DNA of 64,000 nucleotides from Octopus bimaculoides (lineage: Eukaryota), in contig NC_068993.1 in the NCBI RefSeq assembly GCF_001194135.2, positions 63,864,319-63,928,318 on the forward strand. The letters are read 5' to 3'. Shown here piece after piece: positions 14,171 to 27,290 of this stretch. The notes beneath the pieces were generated by a model that was not told the DNA's origin, did no database searches, and was given only the letters and a program-made list of their open reading frames with translations. The translations under genes and the position numbers were made by a program. How positions within the stretch are numbered: position 1 is the stretch's first letter; every line of letters starts with the position of its first letter.

Positions 14171-15146
14171 GTTGATGATTATAAATGATGACAATAAAGA
14201 TGCCGGTGATGACGGGGAATGAATTTATAAAGGTGTAATTTCTATTCTTTTCCAACCAAGAACATCCCACCATTATTCCACAAATGCACCAATTCACCAC
14301 TGTTTGGCGAATGATATACTCTTTACAACCAGAAAATTCTTCACACCAGAACCACAACGGTTGATATTCCACTAAACGGAAACGAGCTCCACTCGACATA
14401 TGTAAACAGTTGTTCCACATCTAAGGCGGTGCAGCTACATACATATGCACATGGACACACCAATGATGATGAAGCAGCTACACACATATGCACATACTCA
14501 CGTATACACAACAAAGACTCATACACATTCACACATGCGCATACATACACAGAAACGTACACACAGAGTCTTGGCCGATACCGATAAAAGCCAGGTGACT
14601 GATCGAAATAAATAAATCACAGGTATGCTGCAACCTTTATATCGCAAGTCCCCTCTTTCTTTACTCTCACTACCATAATGGCTCGTCTGGGCCTTCTCCA
14701 CTCATGGACTCCAGTCTCACTCACCTCTTATCGTCGCATCTCCCTCATCCAGTCGAACCCATGAGACTCCCTTCCATTCCGGTCTCTCCTTCCTCAAATA
14801 TCGACCCTGTGCGATGTTTTCTTCTGTGTTCATACCTTTATTGCAATTATCAACACTTTAACTGGGATATTAACAGCACCGATCTCACCCCTGTCATCGA
14901 ATCCGCAAAGGGCATAAATTCTGTTTCTTCTTCCAGTTGCAGCAAGTAAATTCCAAGAAGACAACGACAACTGCAGCTTATAGAAAAAAACAACAACAAC
15001 AAAACAACAAAATACGGTATTTCACATAAATACAATAATACAATAAACTAATACACCTATACAACATGACATTAGAAGGATAGGAACGCTTTTCTCCTCG
15101 AACTCCTCTATAAGAGCTGACTTGGCGGCTAAACAACAGCATTCAC

Positions 15147-15212
<66 letters not shown>

Positions 15213-16324
15213 GTTTGTCTATCTATCTATCTTTCACCCCGTATTCTCTCTCTTATTTCCTGTCTCTCTCTCACTCTCTTCACTAATCTCTTAATCTGTT
15301 GCTTTCTTTCTTCCTTCCTCCATTATTTTCTTGCTTTCTTTCTCCGCCCCCCTTTACACGTGTGTGTGTGTATGAGTGCGCACGTGTATATATNNNNNNN
15401 NNNNNNNNNNNNNNNNNNNNNNNNNNNNNNNNNNNNNNNNNNNNNNNNNNNNNNNNNNNNNNNNNNNNNNNNNNNNNNNNNNNNNNNNNNNNNNNNNNNN
15501 NNNNNNNNNNNNNNNNNNNNNNNNNNNNNNNNNNNNNNNNNNNNNNNNNNNNNNNNNNNNNNNNNNNNNNNNNNNNNNNNNNNNNNNNNNNNNNNNNNNN
15601 NNNNNNNNNNNNNNNNNNNNNNNNNNNNNNNNNNNNNNNNNNNNNNNNNNNNNNNNNNNNNNNNNNNNNNNNNNNNNNNNNNNNNNNNNNNNNNNNNNNN
15701 NNNNNNNNNNNNNNNNNNNNNNNNNNNNNNNNNNNNTATATATATATATATATATATATTCATATGTATATATATATATATGCATATATGTATGTATGTA
15801 TTTATATGTATCCACTCACCCTCTCCAGGGAAAAGCATTAGTCATGTCTAAGAAGAGGATTAAACGACTATTAGCAGGCAAATTCCTGGCGATGGCGAAA
15901 AATAAATTAAAGAAACGAAAAATTGAAAAAAAAAACAAGGAAAAACAAAACAAACGAGCAAAATAAAACGGATAAAAGCAACAAATTATAAAATAAACAA
16001 AAGCAAGAACAACAATATCAGAAGAGAAATAAAGCAGAATTCAACATATTTCTCAAATTTGAAAAAATAAAATTATTTTATTAAATTTAAATTAATATTT
16101 GTTGTTGTTCTTGTTATTCTTATTGAGACTCTTAGTTTTCTTCATTCAAATTTGTAATTCTATTTTATCTTCACATTTCCTTCATTCATGACTACCAACG
16201 CTTTTAATCGCTCCATCATTTATTCAGCTTCATTCTTCATTTCTCTGCTTATTTCATCTTCCGCTATCTCACTCTTCTTACATACATACATACATACATA
16301 TGAACACATTTATACATACATACA

Positions 16325-16355
<31 letters not shown>

Positions 16356-16871
16356 GAACACATTTATACATACATACATACATACATACATACATACACA
16401 TGTACATTTACACATTTGCATTTATACATACATGTGTGTGTGTGTATGTGTGTGTGCCTGTAGATATGCATACATGTGTGAGTATTTGAAAATATTTATT
16501 TAGTTTAAAAGAAAACTTAGAATTGTAAAGTATTTGCCAATTTAGATCCACGTTCTTGCGACTAGAATGATCTCTTTTTGAACCATCGTTTCCTGGAATA
16601 TTTCTTGAGAATCTTCCTATAATCAATGAAAGTCATCCGTTGGATCAGGACGATGCATGAGAATTCTTTTCTTTCGTACGCCACATGTTTATCGAAGTCA
16701 AAATCCTCCAGTTTGTATCAATAGAGTTTGGTACAAAAGTCATCTTAGATGTTATCAGAATTAGAAAGAAAAACCGGAACAGATACTCAACAGCCCCATT
16801 GTTTCGTCAATCATCTTAGAGTGATACATCCTATGGATCGGCCAAGGCAAATGGCAGAGTAGGCTTCGGTG

Positions 16872-16965
16872 CGATTTGAAAACAGAGTACAGGGAGTCGG
16901 AACAAATACCGTGAGGCAGTGTTTTCACCGGTTCTCCTGGACGACTCTTCTAATTCGGCGCTTTG
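16872..16965 (-). mobile_element. Degenerate SINE head
   Basis: GATTTGAAAACAGA...GGAACAAATACCG is a reverse-complement match to the SINE 5' region. Confidence 0.55.
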
Positions 16966-17281
16966 CGCTAATCAATATTTTAAAGAAAATCAATTACTTA
17001 TCCATTTGCCTAGATATCAATCTATATATTGCATACTATTCAATTACATTTGTACACCTACACTCACAGAATTTGAAAAGTATACACACAATTTCAGTAA
17101 CAGACAACTCTACACATATGTACAAATGCAGATTTGCACCGCATATACAGAGCAAGAGAGAGTGAGTGAGAGATAGAGAGATAGATAGATAGAGAGAGAG
17201 AGAGAGACAGACAGAGAGAGACAGAGAGACAGAGAGAGAGAGACAGACAGACAGACAGAGAGTGATAGAACATGAGGGTGA

Positions 17282-17327
<46 letters not shown>

Positions 17328-20284
17328 TAAAGAGAGAAAGCTTTGTGGGAGCGAAAGAAAGAACAATTAAATAAAGATTACTAAATGGTTTCCTTAAGAA
17401 AAAGATTTCAGAACATGGTCACTTAATACCGACACCTTGTACTGACCCCATCTGAGATAATGGTCAAAGATCTGTGATCGATTATTAGGATGATTGAATG
17501 TTTCAATGCTTGGTCATTTCCAAAGATTAAACATCTCTTTTACAAAATTATTCAAAGCGATTTCATTGATTGGCAATAAATCGATATCGTCTGTGAAAAT
17601 TCCACTTAAGAAGTTTAGAATAGAATAGCGGTTTCTACATGAGATAGGAGTCTATATGTGGACATAGAGTTAAGGGTCTTGACTAAGGTTATGATGCGAC
17701 GCCTGAAAGGCAAAAGTGATTCGCGAACCAGGAAAGGAAATATAGTTAAGTGAGCATTAAACTGAAGTAGGACTAAATATTTTATGGGAAAAAATCGAAG
17801 ATTATATTGCTGCAAGACATACGATCTCAAATCTAGAGAATGGGTATAATCGGTTTAATCAACTTCAATATTTAACTGGTAGTCATTTGATTGACACAAA
17901 AAATAGAATACCAAGTCGACTTCTGTGCCATTTGAACTAATTATTGCAATTCCTGTGTCTAATCCTGAAGCGTTTCAATTACCTGCCCCAGCTGATGAGT
18001 AACATTTATTTTTTTTTCTCTATTTCTTTGGCCGGAAATTATTGGAAACGACCTCAGATATGTTTGATTATTTTTCTGGATACTCCACAAACTCACCATA
18101 GTTTATCGAAGTATTAACGAACAATTCAGTAATTCAGTATATCAGAAATATTTTTACTGGCGCTAAAGAAAGAAAATTATTTAAAAATTAAAATTTCTTG
18201 TATTATATCCATATAGAAAAAAATTTACTTACCACGTGAAAATACGCTTGGTTGTTGACTTACAGAAGCATTGACCGTTTGAACGAGAATGTCTTAATGT
18301 AAGCGAACGAAGGACTTGTATAGTATGCAAATAGGTTGTATAAATGACAGACGAAGGCAGCGTATAGAAGGAAAACCAGATCCATGTGTAATAGGCGAAG
18401 CGAATCACTACATACCTATAGAACGATATAGCAAAGTAATTTATTACTGGGAAAGTTTAACGTCCGTATCTTATAATTAGCGTTAAGTTTCGGTCAGTCT
18501 AGATCTTATAGATGAAGCTGAGCTAAGCTAGCCAAGGCCTCTGTTTGGCCGGTGGCATTTTATTGTCTTAGCTCCACCAGAGAATTAAATGATAGGGATT
18601 ATTGAACAGTCGGTTGAACTGTCGCTTGTAGAGCGCGAAACTGCACTGATTAAGTTATAAGAATAATAGATTCAAAAACTATTTCTTAAATTTGTAAAAT
18701 CCCGATAGTTTAGCAGGTTACACACACACACATCGTAGTTATGGCTAACTGGTCGTCTGAAAAGAAATATATCGTTATAAGATCTCAAAAACAAAAGGTT
18801 AGCTTCCAGCAGTTGAGACTCTGACCGAATCCCAACCACCGGTTCACTTGGCTTCACTTTGTTGATACCAGTAACACAACTAAAAGTGGGCATTAACAAC
18901 ACATTCTTATTTCTCCTTCTCTAAAATATAAAACAATTTGTGACTTCCCCAATCGTATATTTCAAATTCTGTGATTTTTTTTACAGTATGACTTCGGTTA
19001 TTATCATTCACGCTTCATTTTATTGATAATTCATGAATTTACTGCAAGAAGCACTTACAAGATATTGGTCTATGCCTTGCTCTTTAAGATTATCCTCTGA
19101 AATGCCATTTATTCCAAGTAATAATATTCTCCTGTTATGACAAATTTGATGCCTAAAATCCTCATTTTCTGCAATATGGAAGGCCATTAAAGCAACATCA
19201 AATTGCTTAAAGTAGGAAAATGTCCTTAGTGTCTCAGATATATTTCATAGTTGCTTGGTTAAATGGATGATAGAGACTCAGACAAGGTGTAAAAACAGCT
19301 CAGATTTTTCCGAAGCAAAACAGAATCTTTTCAAAGACTTAAAAGCAGTAAAGTAAATCTCAAAATGAACATTTATGTACTTATTTTCCAGCTTTATGCT
19401 AATGGCAAGTTTATACGCATGTAATATTTCTTTTCCTTTCACAGAAAAGAAAGAATTAAAATAAAAAGGATCCTGTGTCGAAGAAATAAATTATCACTTT
19501 TAAAATTTCCACACTCCATGATAAAAAAAACCCACAGCATCCGAGTTAATATAACAAGTTGTGAAAGATTGATATAAGACGTTGCTTTAAATGACTGATT
19601 GACTTATGTAAGCTCGTATATTGTATACCGGAGCGGTATTGTACTCTTGTCAAGATAGACAAAATTTATTGGTTCACGGACATAAGAAAAGAATAGCGGG
19701 ATAAGGAAAAGCTCAGTGGTAAGAAACGATGGTGAAAAACATTTACGAGTTTTTAGATGTTTTCATTTAACCGAGGTCAGCCCAGCTTCAAAAGAATTAT
19801 GAATAAAAGACATTCCAGCCATGAGCATCCACTTTGTGGACACGCTGTATAACTATATTTTCCAATGTTTAACTCTTTTCAAAAAGAGACTTTTGTCTGT
19901 CGAGTCGTAGAATTGAGGCAGCTGCTGCAGAGGAGATACATAAAGGCAAAATAAAAGTGCAAAGTTGTTTTGATATCAATATTTGTTTTTTTTTCGATTG
20001 ACTTGATCTCGAGGAAGTGGTTATCTAAGGCTATTGTAATTAATATGGTTCACGTTACTCACGAATAGTTTCAAGAGGACCACTTTACAGGAAGAGAGAA
20101 AGAGAGAGTGAAGGAGAGAGAGAGTAGGAGATAAAGGAAGAGAGAGAGAGAGTATGTGTGTGTTGGTTAGACGTTAGAGTGTGTTGGTTAGTGACTGCTT
20201 ACAAATTAATTGAGTTGCTCACTTGGAAGTCTATTGGACAAGAAACTTCGTTCTCTAATACCACATTTGATATTTTTCACCAAA

Positions 20285-20525
20285 CTAAAGCGGTGAGCTG
20301 GCAGAAACGTTAGCACGCCGGGCGAAATGCTTAGCGGTATTTCGTCTGCCGTTACGTTCTGAGTTCAAATTCCGCCGAGGTCGACTTTGCCTTTCATCCT
20401 TTCGAGGTCGATTAAATAAGTACCAATTGCGTACTGGGGTCGATGTAATCGATTTAATCCCTTTGTCTATCTTTGTTTGTCCCCTCTGTGTGTAGCTCCT
20501 TGTGGGCAGTAAAGAAATAAACGTT
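20285..20525 (+). mobile_element. Near full-length tRNA-type SINE (young copy)
   Basis: GGTGAGCTGGCAGAAACGTTAGC head, B-box-like GAGTTCAAATTCC, core GGTCGACTTTGCCTTTCATCC, tail GTAAAGAAATAAA; CpGs largely intact. Confidence 0.92.
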
Positions 20526-20678
20526 CGCACGCTGGGCGAAATGTTTAGCGGTATTTCATCTGTCTTTATGTTCTGAGTTCAAATTCCACCGAGGTTGACT
20601 TTGCCTTTCATCCTTTCGGGGTCGATAAATTAAGTACTAGTGGAGCACTTGGTTCGATCTAATCGACTGGCCCCTTCA
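20526..20678 (+). mobile_element. Second SINE copy in tandem, lacking the first ~25 nt
   Basis: High identity to the adjacent copy. Confidence 0.9.
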
Positions 20679-20899
20679 ATTCCTGGATGAGCTACTTCAG
20701 ACCTTAACCAACGATCCCATAACTTACGGACTGCTTCAAAGAGATTAACCTCTAGCACTTGTTGATCCAACATGTTACCGAACTTTGGTACGGAATCTAA
20801 GAGTCGGAATATATTAAGTTGAGTTAAACCCAATATATTACTGCTATGTATTATCTTACCAGTTCTAGGGGTGAGATGGAAGTTAATGATGACATAAAA

Positions 20900-22080
20900 A
20901 CTCTTTCATAAGAATAAGAAATGCAGCGAATCGTTCGAGATCTGCTACCCACGATGCTATTATTCACAAAATGTGATATAAATAAAACATAGATTAATAG
21001 AATATGGCACGAATTTCGATTCCAAGATTTGTTCCTTGACCAGAGACGTTGTACAGTATACATCGTTATTTCAAGTATCTCAAGTTGCATATGCGTGAGC
21101 AGTTGCTACCAGAACAGAAACAACGTTGCCGCAACCTTTGCTCTCCCATCTTCATGACATGATATTCGCAGTGTTGTCGCAGATCAATACGTGAAAAGGT
21201 TAGTTCCCGGAATGGGTAAGAAGAAGCTCATGTAGCGCTGATATTTGATGGATTTCACTCCTAGTATTAATTGCGTGTTCTTTATGTTTTGTCCTGATCT
21301 CTTTGTTAGAAAGCACCGTTTCGATTCCATTCATCAGATCCTTCTAGAATTTCTTTTCACAACAAACTTCACGGATTCCAAGAAGGCGCTGCATTCCTTG
21401 ATCTTCTTTTGGTTGAGGATCGAACCAATCTTTGCTCTTCAGGATTTCCCTGGGAATAGGATTTTTCTCTGATCTTTGCACCGTCCTTGCCAGTTTTCCG
21501 CATTTGTTCACTCTTTTCTGCTCCCAGTTGACTCAAGATGAGGGTGTGACATTATTGGTTGCGGCTAACGGAGAGGAATCTGGTTGTTGATTCCTGATCT
21601 TGAAAGAGAATTTTTCAACCATCCTTGGGGTTGCGAGTAGTAATGCAACCAATGTTGTTCCAGAAACAGCCCTTTTTGAGACGTACCTTTTTGAGACGTA
21701 CCTTTTTGAGACGTACCGTTGCTGTTCGTTCTTCAGTTGTTTAATGTTCTTTCTTTCTTCATGACTTTTTCCATTCATCAGGTCAGTAAGTTCACAAAGG
21801 ACCTTCTTGTCTCATATATAGTAGCAAATCCCTTTATCTTAAGACACCGGCGCTGATTAACTACACACAATATGGCACATAGGTGACACAAAGATAAGAG
21901 TCTACCTCACTGACAATGTGCCATTTGTACTCCACTGACGCAGGTAAGAGTGTGGAGTATTGACTTACCCGGTCACCTCACCTAACGCTCCCTCAGGTTT
22001 GAAAGCCAGTTAGATAATAAGATGTGCTCACCGCCAATCGATGGAATATATAATGTTCCACACATCGGCCTGGTTTCCCT
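20900..22080 (-). mobile_element. Decayed LINE 5' part (ORF1-like plus probable 5' UTR), possibly L1/Tx1-like
   Basis: Broken frames including KGCFWNNIGCITTRNPKDG*KILFQDQESTTRF, recalled as similar to octopus LINE ORF1; GC-elevated, many stops. Confidence 0.4.
21671..21717. repeat. Three exact tandem copies of CCTTTTTGAGACGTA
   Basis: Units at 21671, 21686 and 21701. Confidence 0.97.
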
Positions 22081-23377
22081 CAAATTTTTTTTTTCAGAAC
22101 TGAAAAATCTGTGAATCCTTTGAAAAGCAGCGGTAAATTACTTTCTTTCTCTCTCACTCTCTGATAAAGTCACGGGGACGGAAATATTTGTTTTAGTAAC
22201 ATATTTCTATACGTTTACTTTTTTCCGCTTTTCGAATTATTTAAATATTCCTTGTTGCTAGCACGACAAGCAAACGATTTGTCGTTGTGTTGTTAATGAT
22301 TTCGTTTGTTTCGTGTTAATTAATGTTTTCACTTGTTAAAACAGCATTACTTTTTAATATCACAAAATGCACGAGTTGCCTGTTTAATTGAGCCTGATAT
22401 TTTGCGTGTGTGTTGTGTGAATGCGTGTGTGTGAATGTGTTTGTGTGAATGTGTCATTGTGTGTGTGTGAATGTGTTTGTGTGAATGTGTTTGTGTGAAT
22501 GTGTGAATGTGTATGTGTTTTTGAAAACACTTCTGAGTTCTAAGTTTGAAACGAGACTCATTGGAGGCGTTTCCCGCTATTCTAGCAGGAGAAGCGTTAT
22601 GAGAAAAGAATTGAAATGTCAACACACTTAAATGATAAAATTAATGATGATGATTATGATGATGATGACGATGATGATGAGGAGGATGAAGATTATGATT
22701 ATGGTTGTGGTAGTAGTAATGACGATGCTTTGATGATGCTGATAAAGAGGAAGATGTGGAGAATGAGGATGATGATGATGATGATGATGATCTTTTCCTT
22801 ATTAGACACATGACCGGGAAAAGATACTGAAAATTTCAAGGAAACGTTAAGCAAAGGGCTGACAAAAACCAATTGGGGAAGGAAGATATACAAAGAGCAA
22901 TGGGATGAGTGAAAAGCAATGCACACTCTATAAGTGGGCAAGTTATAAATTTCTGAAGAATAGATATTTACGTAGAATGAATAAAGAAAAGTACGATAAA
23001 ACAGCGAATAATTAAATCAAGGTATTTAATTAGAAAAATAAACGCCCAGTTGTGTTGATCAAGATACACAAGTCCACTAGACACCTGCACACTACTTTCT
23101 TTAGTGTCCATAGCTGCGCGTTTCAAAATTTGTGTCATAGGATCAAGGGCGCTAGTGGAATGTCACGTGTCTGGAAGTTTTAAACCAATAGTCTTCCTTA
23201 TTTTTAGTTAGCTAATAAGTGATCCCGTTTCCTTCTCGAGCTGTGCTTCATCTAGAAATTTCTTATTTAAGTTATACAAGAGTCTTGCTAGGACATGTTT
23301 TACTTTTGCGAATGACAGTAAATTCTATTTCGCCCAAAGAAGAGGATTCCCCCTTCTTTCAGAGAGAATGGAAACGA

Positions 23378-23453
<76 letters not shown>

Positions 23454-24739
23454 GAGAGATAATACATACATACATACATACATACATACATACATACATA
23501 CATACACAGTGTGTGTTTTGGGGGTCTCGATTTTCGCTACTGGTATTGAGGACCGGATAATTTTAAATTACTGACTGACTTTGTATCTGGTGTCCTCTTA
23601 GAATCAACAACCCTCATGATTCGTTATTTTTGTTGTTACTTTTGTTCTTTTAGTTATTCTGTGAAAGGCTTTAGACAGGTTTAGTGACCACAAATGTAGC
23701 AGCTGGGTTGTCACTCTGAATGCTCAGTTTTAAAGTATTTTACTAATCACCCTTCATAGGAGAATTGTTTCGTGGTCTCTCCAAGTCGTGACAACTTGCA
23801 CGTCTATCTTAATCACATCCGATCCCTTACTGCCAAATGCTACGTTTGTACCGACCGGCATACAATATTGTACTAGCACCCAAGGGTGAACATCATCACC
23901 GTATCCTTGACAATGGACCTTGTTTTCTTCCAAACCAAGTAGTATGGATCCAGCTTATGGAAAGCTGTTCAGTGTACAAGGTTGGATTCTGCTTCCGTCT
24001 TGTTATCAAATCTAAATCTGATACAAATTGATGGTTCTGTTTCTACAAACGCTGGAGCTTTCATTGTCAACTCCATCTCCAACTCTTCCTTGAGCAAAGT
24101 AAAAAATGCCCAGTGGACCTAGAAAAGCACAAGTAATTTGCTTACCTTCTTTCGCACACCTCTTCAATTGATTGGCCTAGATTGGAATCGTCTGTCAAAT
24201 GATGCTTTGGCCTTTCAGCAAAATGCTCCATATTGAGGTATTTTTGAGAAAAAAAAACGTGTGCAGTGTATAGCGTTCTGTTCTTCATATTTACACTTGG
24301 CACGTGTGCATGTATTCTTCTCTTGCTGTTGTTGTTGTTGTTGTTGACAACATTTCCATTTGATTATATTTAAATTCGATGTTAAAATTCTGGTGTTTGT
24401 CGCAATGACCTTTAGCATTTTCTGGCGCAATTAAAACGGTGTTCTTTTCTGATTTGTTCTCTATTTATGATACGTTTCATTCTCTACTTTCTCTTTTTTT
24501 TTTCAATGTGTTCGGCGCGAAATATTTGCAGCTATGTTAGAGACGTAAAAGAAAAGTAAATATCATCCAAAAATGACCAAAACAACAATCTTACTTTTTT
24601 AGTTACCCTCTGTAGGTGGAAACTTGATTTTAGAACATATATGTACACAAGAAATTCGTGACAAAACCTTTATTTCATTTAATAGAATGCTTTTATTCGA
24701 AACGAGTTAATAACATCTGAACTTCGACCGTAGTGGACA

Positions 24740-24744
24740 ATAAT

Positions 24745-24777
<33 letters not shown>

Positions 24778-24805
24778 ACTACTACTACTACTACTAATAA
24801 TAATA

Positions 24806-24859
<54 letters not shown>

Positions 24860-24880
24860 GTGATGATGACGATAATAATA
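24740..24880. repeat. Compound (AAC)n(ACT)n(AAT)n(GAT)n
   Basis: Read directly. Confidence 0.97.
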
Positions 24881-25270
24881 AGACCTGATTTAGCAGTAAT
24901 AGATAAAGAGAATAGAAAGTGCCAGATAATTGACTCTACAGTCCCAAATGATGAAAAAATCAATATGAGAAAAAAATAGAAAAATCTGAGAAAAAATAGC
25001 AAAGCACCAGGACCTGGCCATTGAATTACAGACAATAAACAACAGCTTTAGTTATATAGGCTGGGCATTAAAGGGACGGCATCTTGCTTAGCAGTGATTC
25101 AGTACAGAAGTAGACTGATCACAACTGTTATCCTAAGACAGTATCAGCATTTAACAGAATTAGGAGATTATTAGAGACTGCTAGGACTGTTCTTAGCATC
25201 TAAGGTTACTTGTTGTAGCCTGACGGTAGGAATTTTTTCCAACAATCTAATCTGTTACGCATGTATGTAA
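24878..25270 (+). mobile_element. RLE-type (R4/Dong-like) non-LTR element, endonuclease C-terminus and 3' UTR
   Basis: NRPDLAVIDKENRKCQIIDSTVPND (PD..D motif) / KIAKHQDLAIELQ / ETARTVLSI* (stop at 25201). Confidence 0.85.
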
Positions 25271-25285
25271 TAATAAGGTAAAACT

Positions 25286-25660
25286 ATAACTCATCTCTTG
25301 TATATGGATGATTTAAAACTGTATGCTGCAAATGATAAACAGCTGGAAACAATACGAAAGACAGTGCATGGATTTACCAAGGAAATAAATATGAAATTCG
25401 GTTTAGAAAAATGTTCCAAGCAACCTTGAAAATAGGAAAATTAGTTAAGTGTAACGATATCACATTAGATAAAAAAAAAATGAAATAAGAGAATTACACC
25501 GAATCCAGGCATACAAATACTTAGAAATGAACTAGATACAGTGCAACACACAAATGAAGGAGAAGGTATGGAAGAACTATTAAGACCAGATAGATAAGCA
25601 ATTAAAACAGAGCTCAATGCAAAAAACAAGATAATAGGTATCAACACTCTCGTCGTCCCT
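25286..25660 (+). mobile_element. RLE-type (R4/Dong-like) RT core fragment
   Basis: ITHLLYMDDLKLYAANDKQLETIRKTVHGFTKEINMKFGLEKC (YMDD), then YKYL and TELNAKNKIIGINTLVVP. Confidence 0.92.
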
Positions 25661-26283
25661 TATCTCGTCCATCCCTTTATTCATCGTTATCCCCTTTCTC
25701 GCTTTTTCCTTGTTTATTTTTCATTTCTTTATATCTCAACACGATACTCTTGCCTCTTTCTTTGAACTGTTTACTCTCCAATCTTATTGTTTCTTTCTCT
25801 CGCACTCTCTGTCTCTCTTTACTCATTAGCCACCAGCCCCCATCACCACCTCTCGGCCCCCTTCCTCTCTCGTTTGTCATTGACCTCATGGATTTATAAT
25901 CTTCTAATAGAGGAATATACAGTTACTCGTCTTCCTAGTCTTTTATTTATCACACTCTCAGCGCCTGTAACTCACAATAAACAACAACAATGAATATAAC
26001 ACACATGCAAATTACAATAACAAAACAAAATGAATGTAAGATTGTAAACATTAAATAAATACAAAAGATTTTCTCAGGTCTTGAAATAAGTGCCTCCTTT
26101 CTCAGCAAATTCTACATTTAGAATCTCTGAACGAGAGCGACATGACTAAATTTTATTGATGGTTAAGCTGCCAACGTTATCCTGATCACGTGGTTTAGTT
26201 TAATACATCAGATGGCGATTACTTGAATGGCATTTGTCAAACCTGAGAAAGAAAGAGAAGGAAAGAAAAAGAGAGGATGAAAG

Positions 26284-26323
<40 letters not shown>

Positions 26324-26955
26324 AGAGAGAAAGGTTACTTGGTGACAGTTACACACCTATTATTCACATAAGAAAACTAATAACTAATAACATTTCTTTA
26401 CTTCTCTCTTCCTTTCCTTTATTCCACCCGTTATTTCTTTCTTGCTTTCCTTCTAATTTTTCTTCATCCAAATCTCTTTTCTTTGTTTATTAGGTCCATC
26501 GTTTAATGGATGCCAAGAACTGTTGAAGACCATTCTCTTCATGTCTCTGCTACCAATCTACTGTCTGTCTTAAGTGGATGTCTATCAAATGAATAGCTAT
26601 TTAGCTTTGCTCTTCCAGCTCGCCTTTCTCCTGTCGTTTCCCTCACTGCTATAGCTATTATTTCGCGAACGTTTTGCGTGAGTAATGAGCTGTGCTCATT
26701 TGATACAAAGGTTTAGGAGTTACTATAGTTCACTCGTGCCACACGTCTTCTGAAATAGATGACTGGATACCACTGATGTTGCCTGGTGATGTTAGTAACG
26801 ATAATACTGTTGAGGATAACGGAAGACATTTAAAATGAAGACTTGATTATGTAAATGGCGTGTTAAAACACACACACACACGCACACACATACATAAATA
26901 AATACATATACTCATATACTCACAATATACACATGCATACATTCGTGTGTATATG

Positions 26956-27044
<89 letters not shown>

Positions 27045-27059
27045 TCCATCTTTAAACTC

Positions 27060-27290
27060 CATCCTGTCAACTCCTCAAATGTAAAATTCTCCCCTGAAGA
27101 CGGAGGCGGTGTTAATGGATCCAAGTAGCTATCATTATTCCGGACCACCAAGCCCCCAGAAACAGCTGTAAAACTTGTAAAACTCTATCCATTTAACTTC
27201 TGATATCATTTATATTCTGTAAGTTGGACTATTTAATATCCATACACATGTACATTTTTTCTATTAAATGTATTTAATATTCTGTGTGAA
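27060..27290 (+). mobile_element. Penelope-like terminal repeat remnant with a hammerhead-like core
   Basis: CCCCTGAAGA...GAAACAGCTGTA arrangement, as in PLE termini. Confidence 0.55.

Noticed and set aside
13874-14188. Poly-Ala/Cys ORFs
   Set aside because: Trinucleotide arrays with no splice or domain support.
19444-19580. Strong + acceptor TTTCTTTTCCTTTCACAG
   Set aside because: No donor and an unconvincing peptide.
21315-21340. Minus-strand CTGATGA...GAAAC
   Set aside because: No stem II or stem III geometry.
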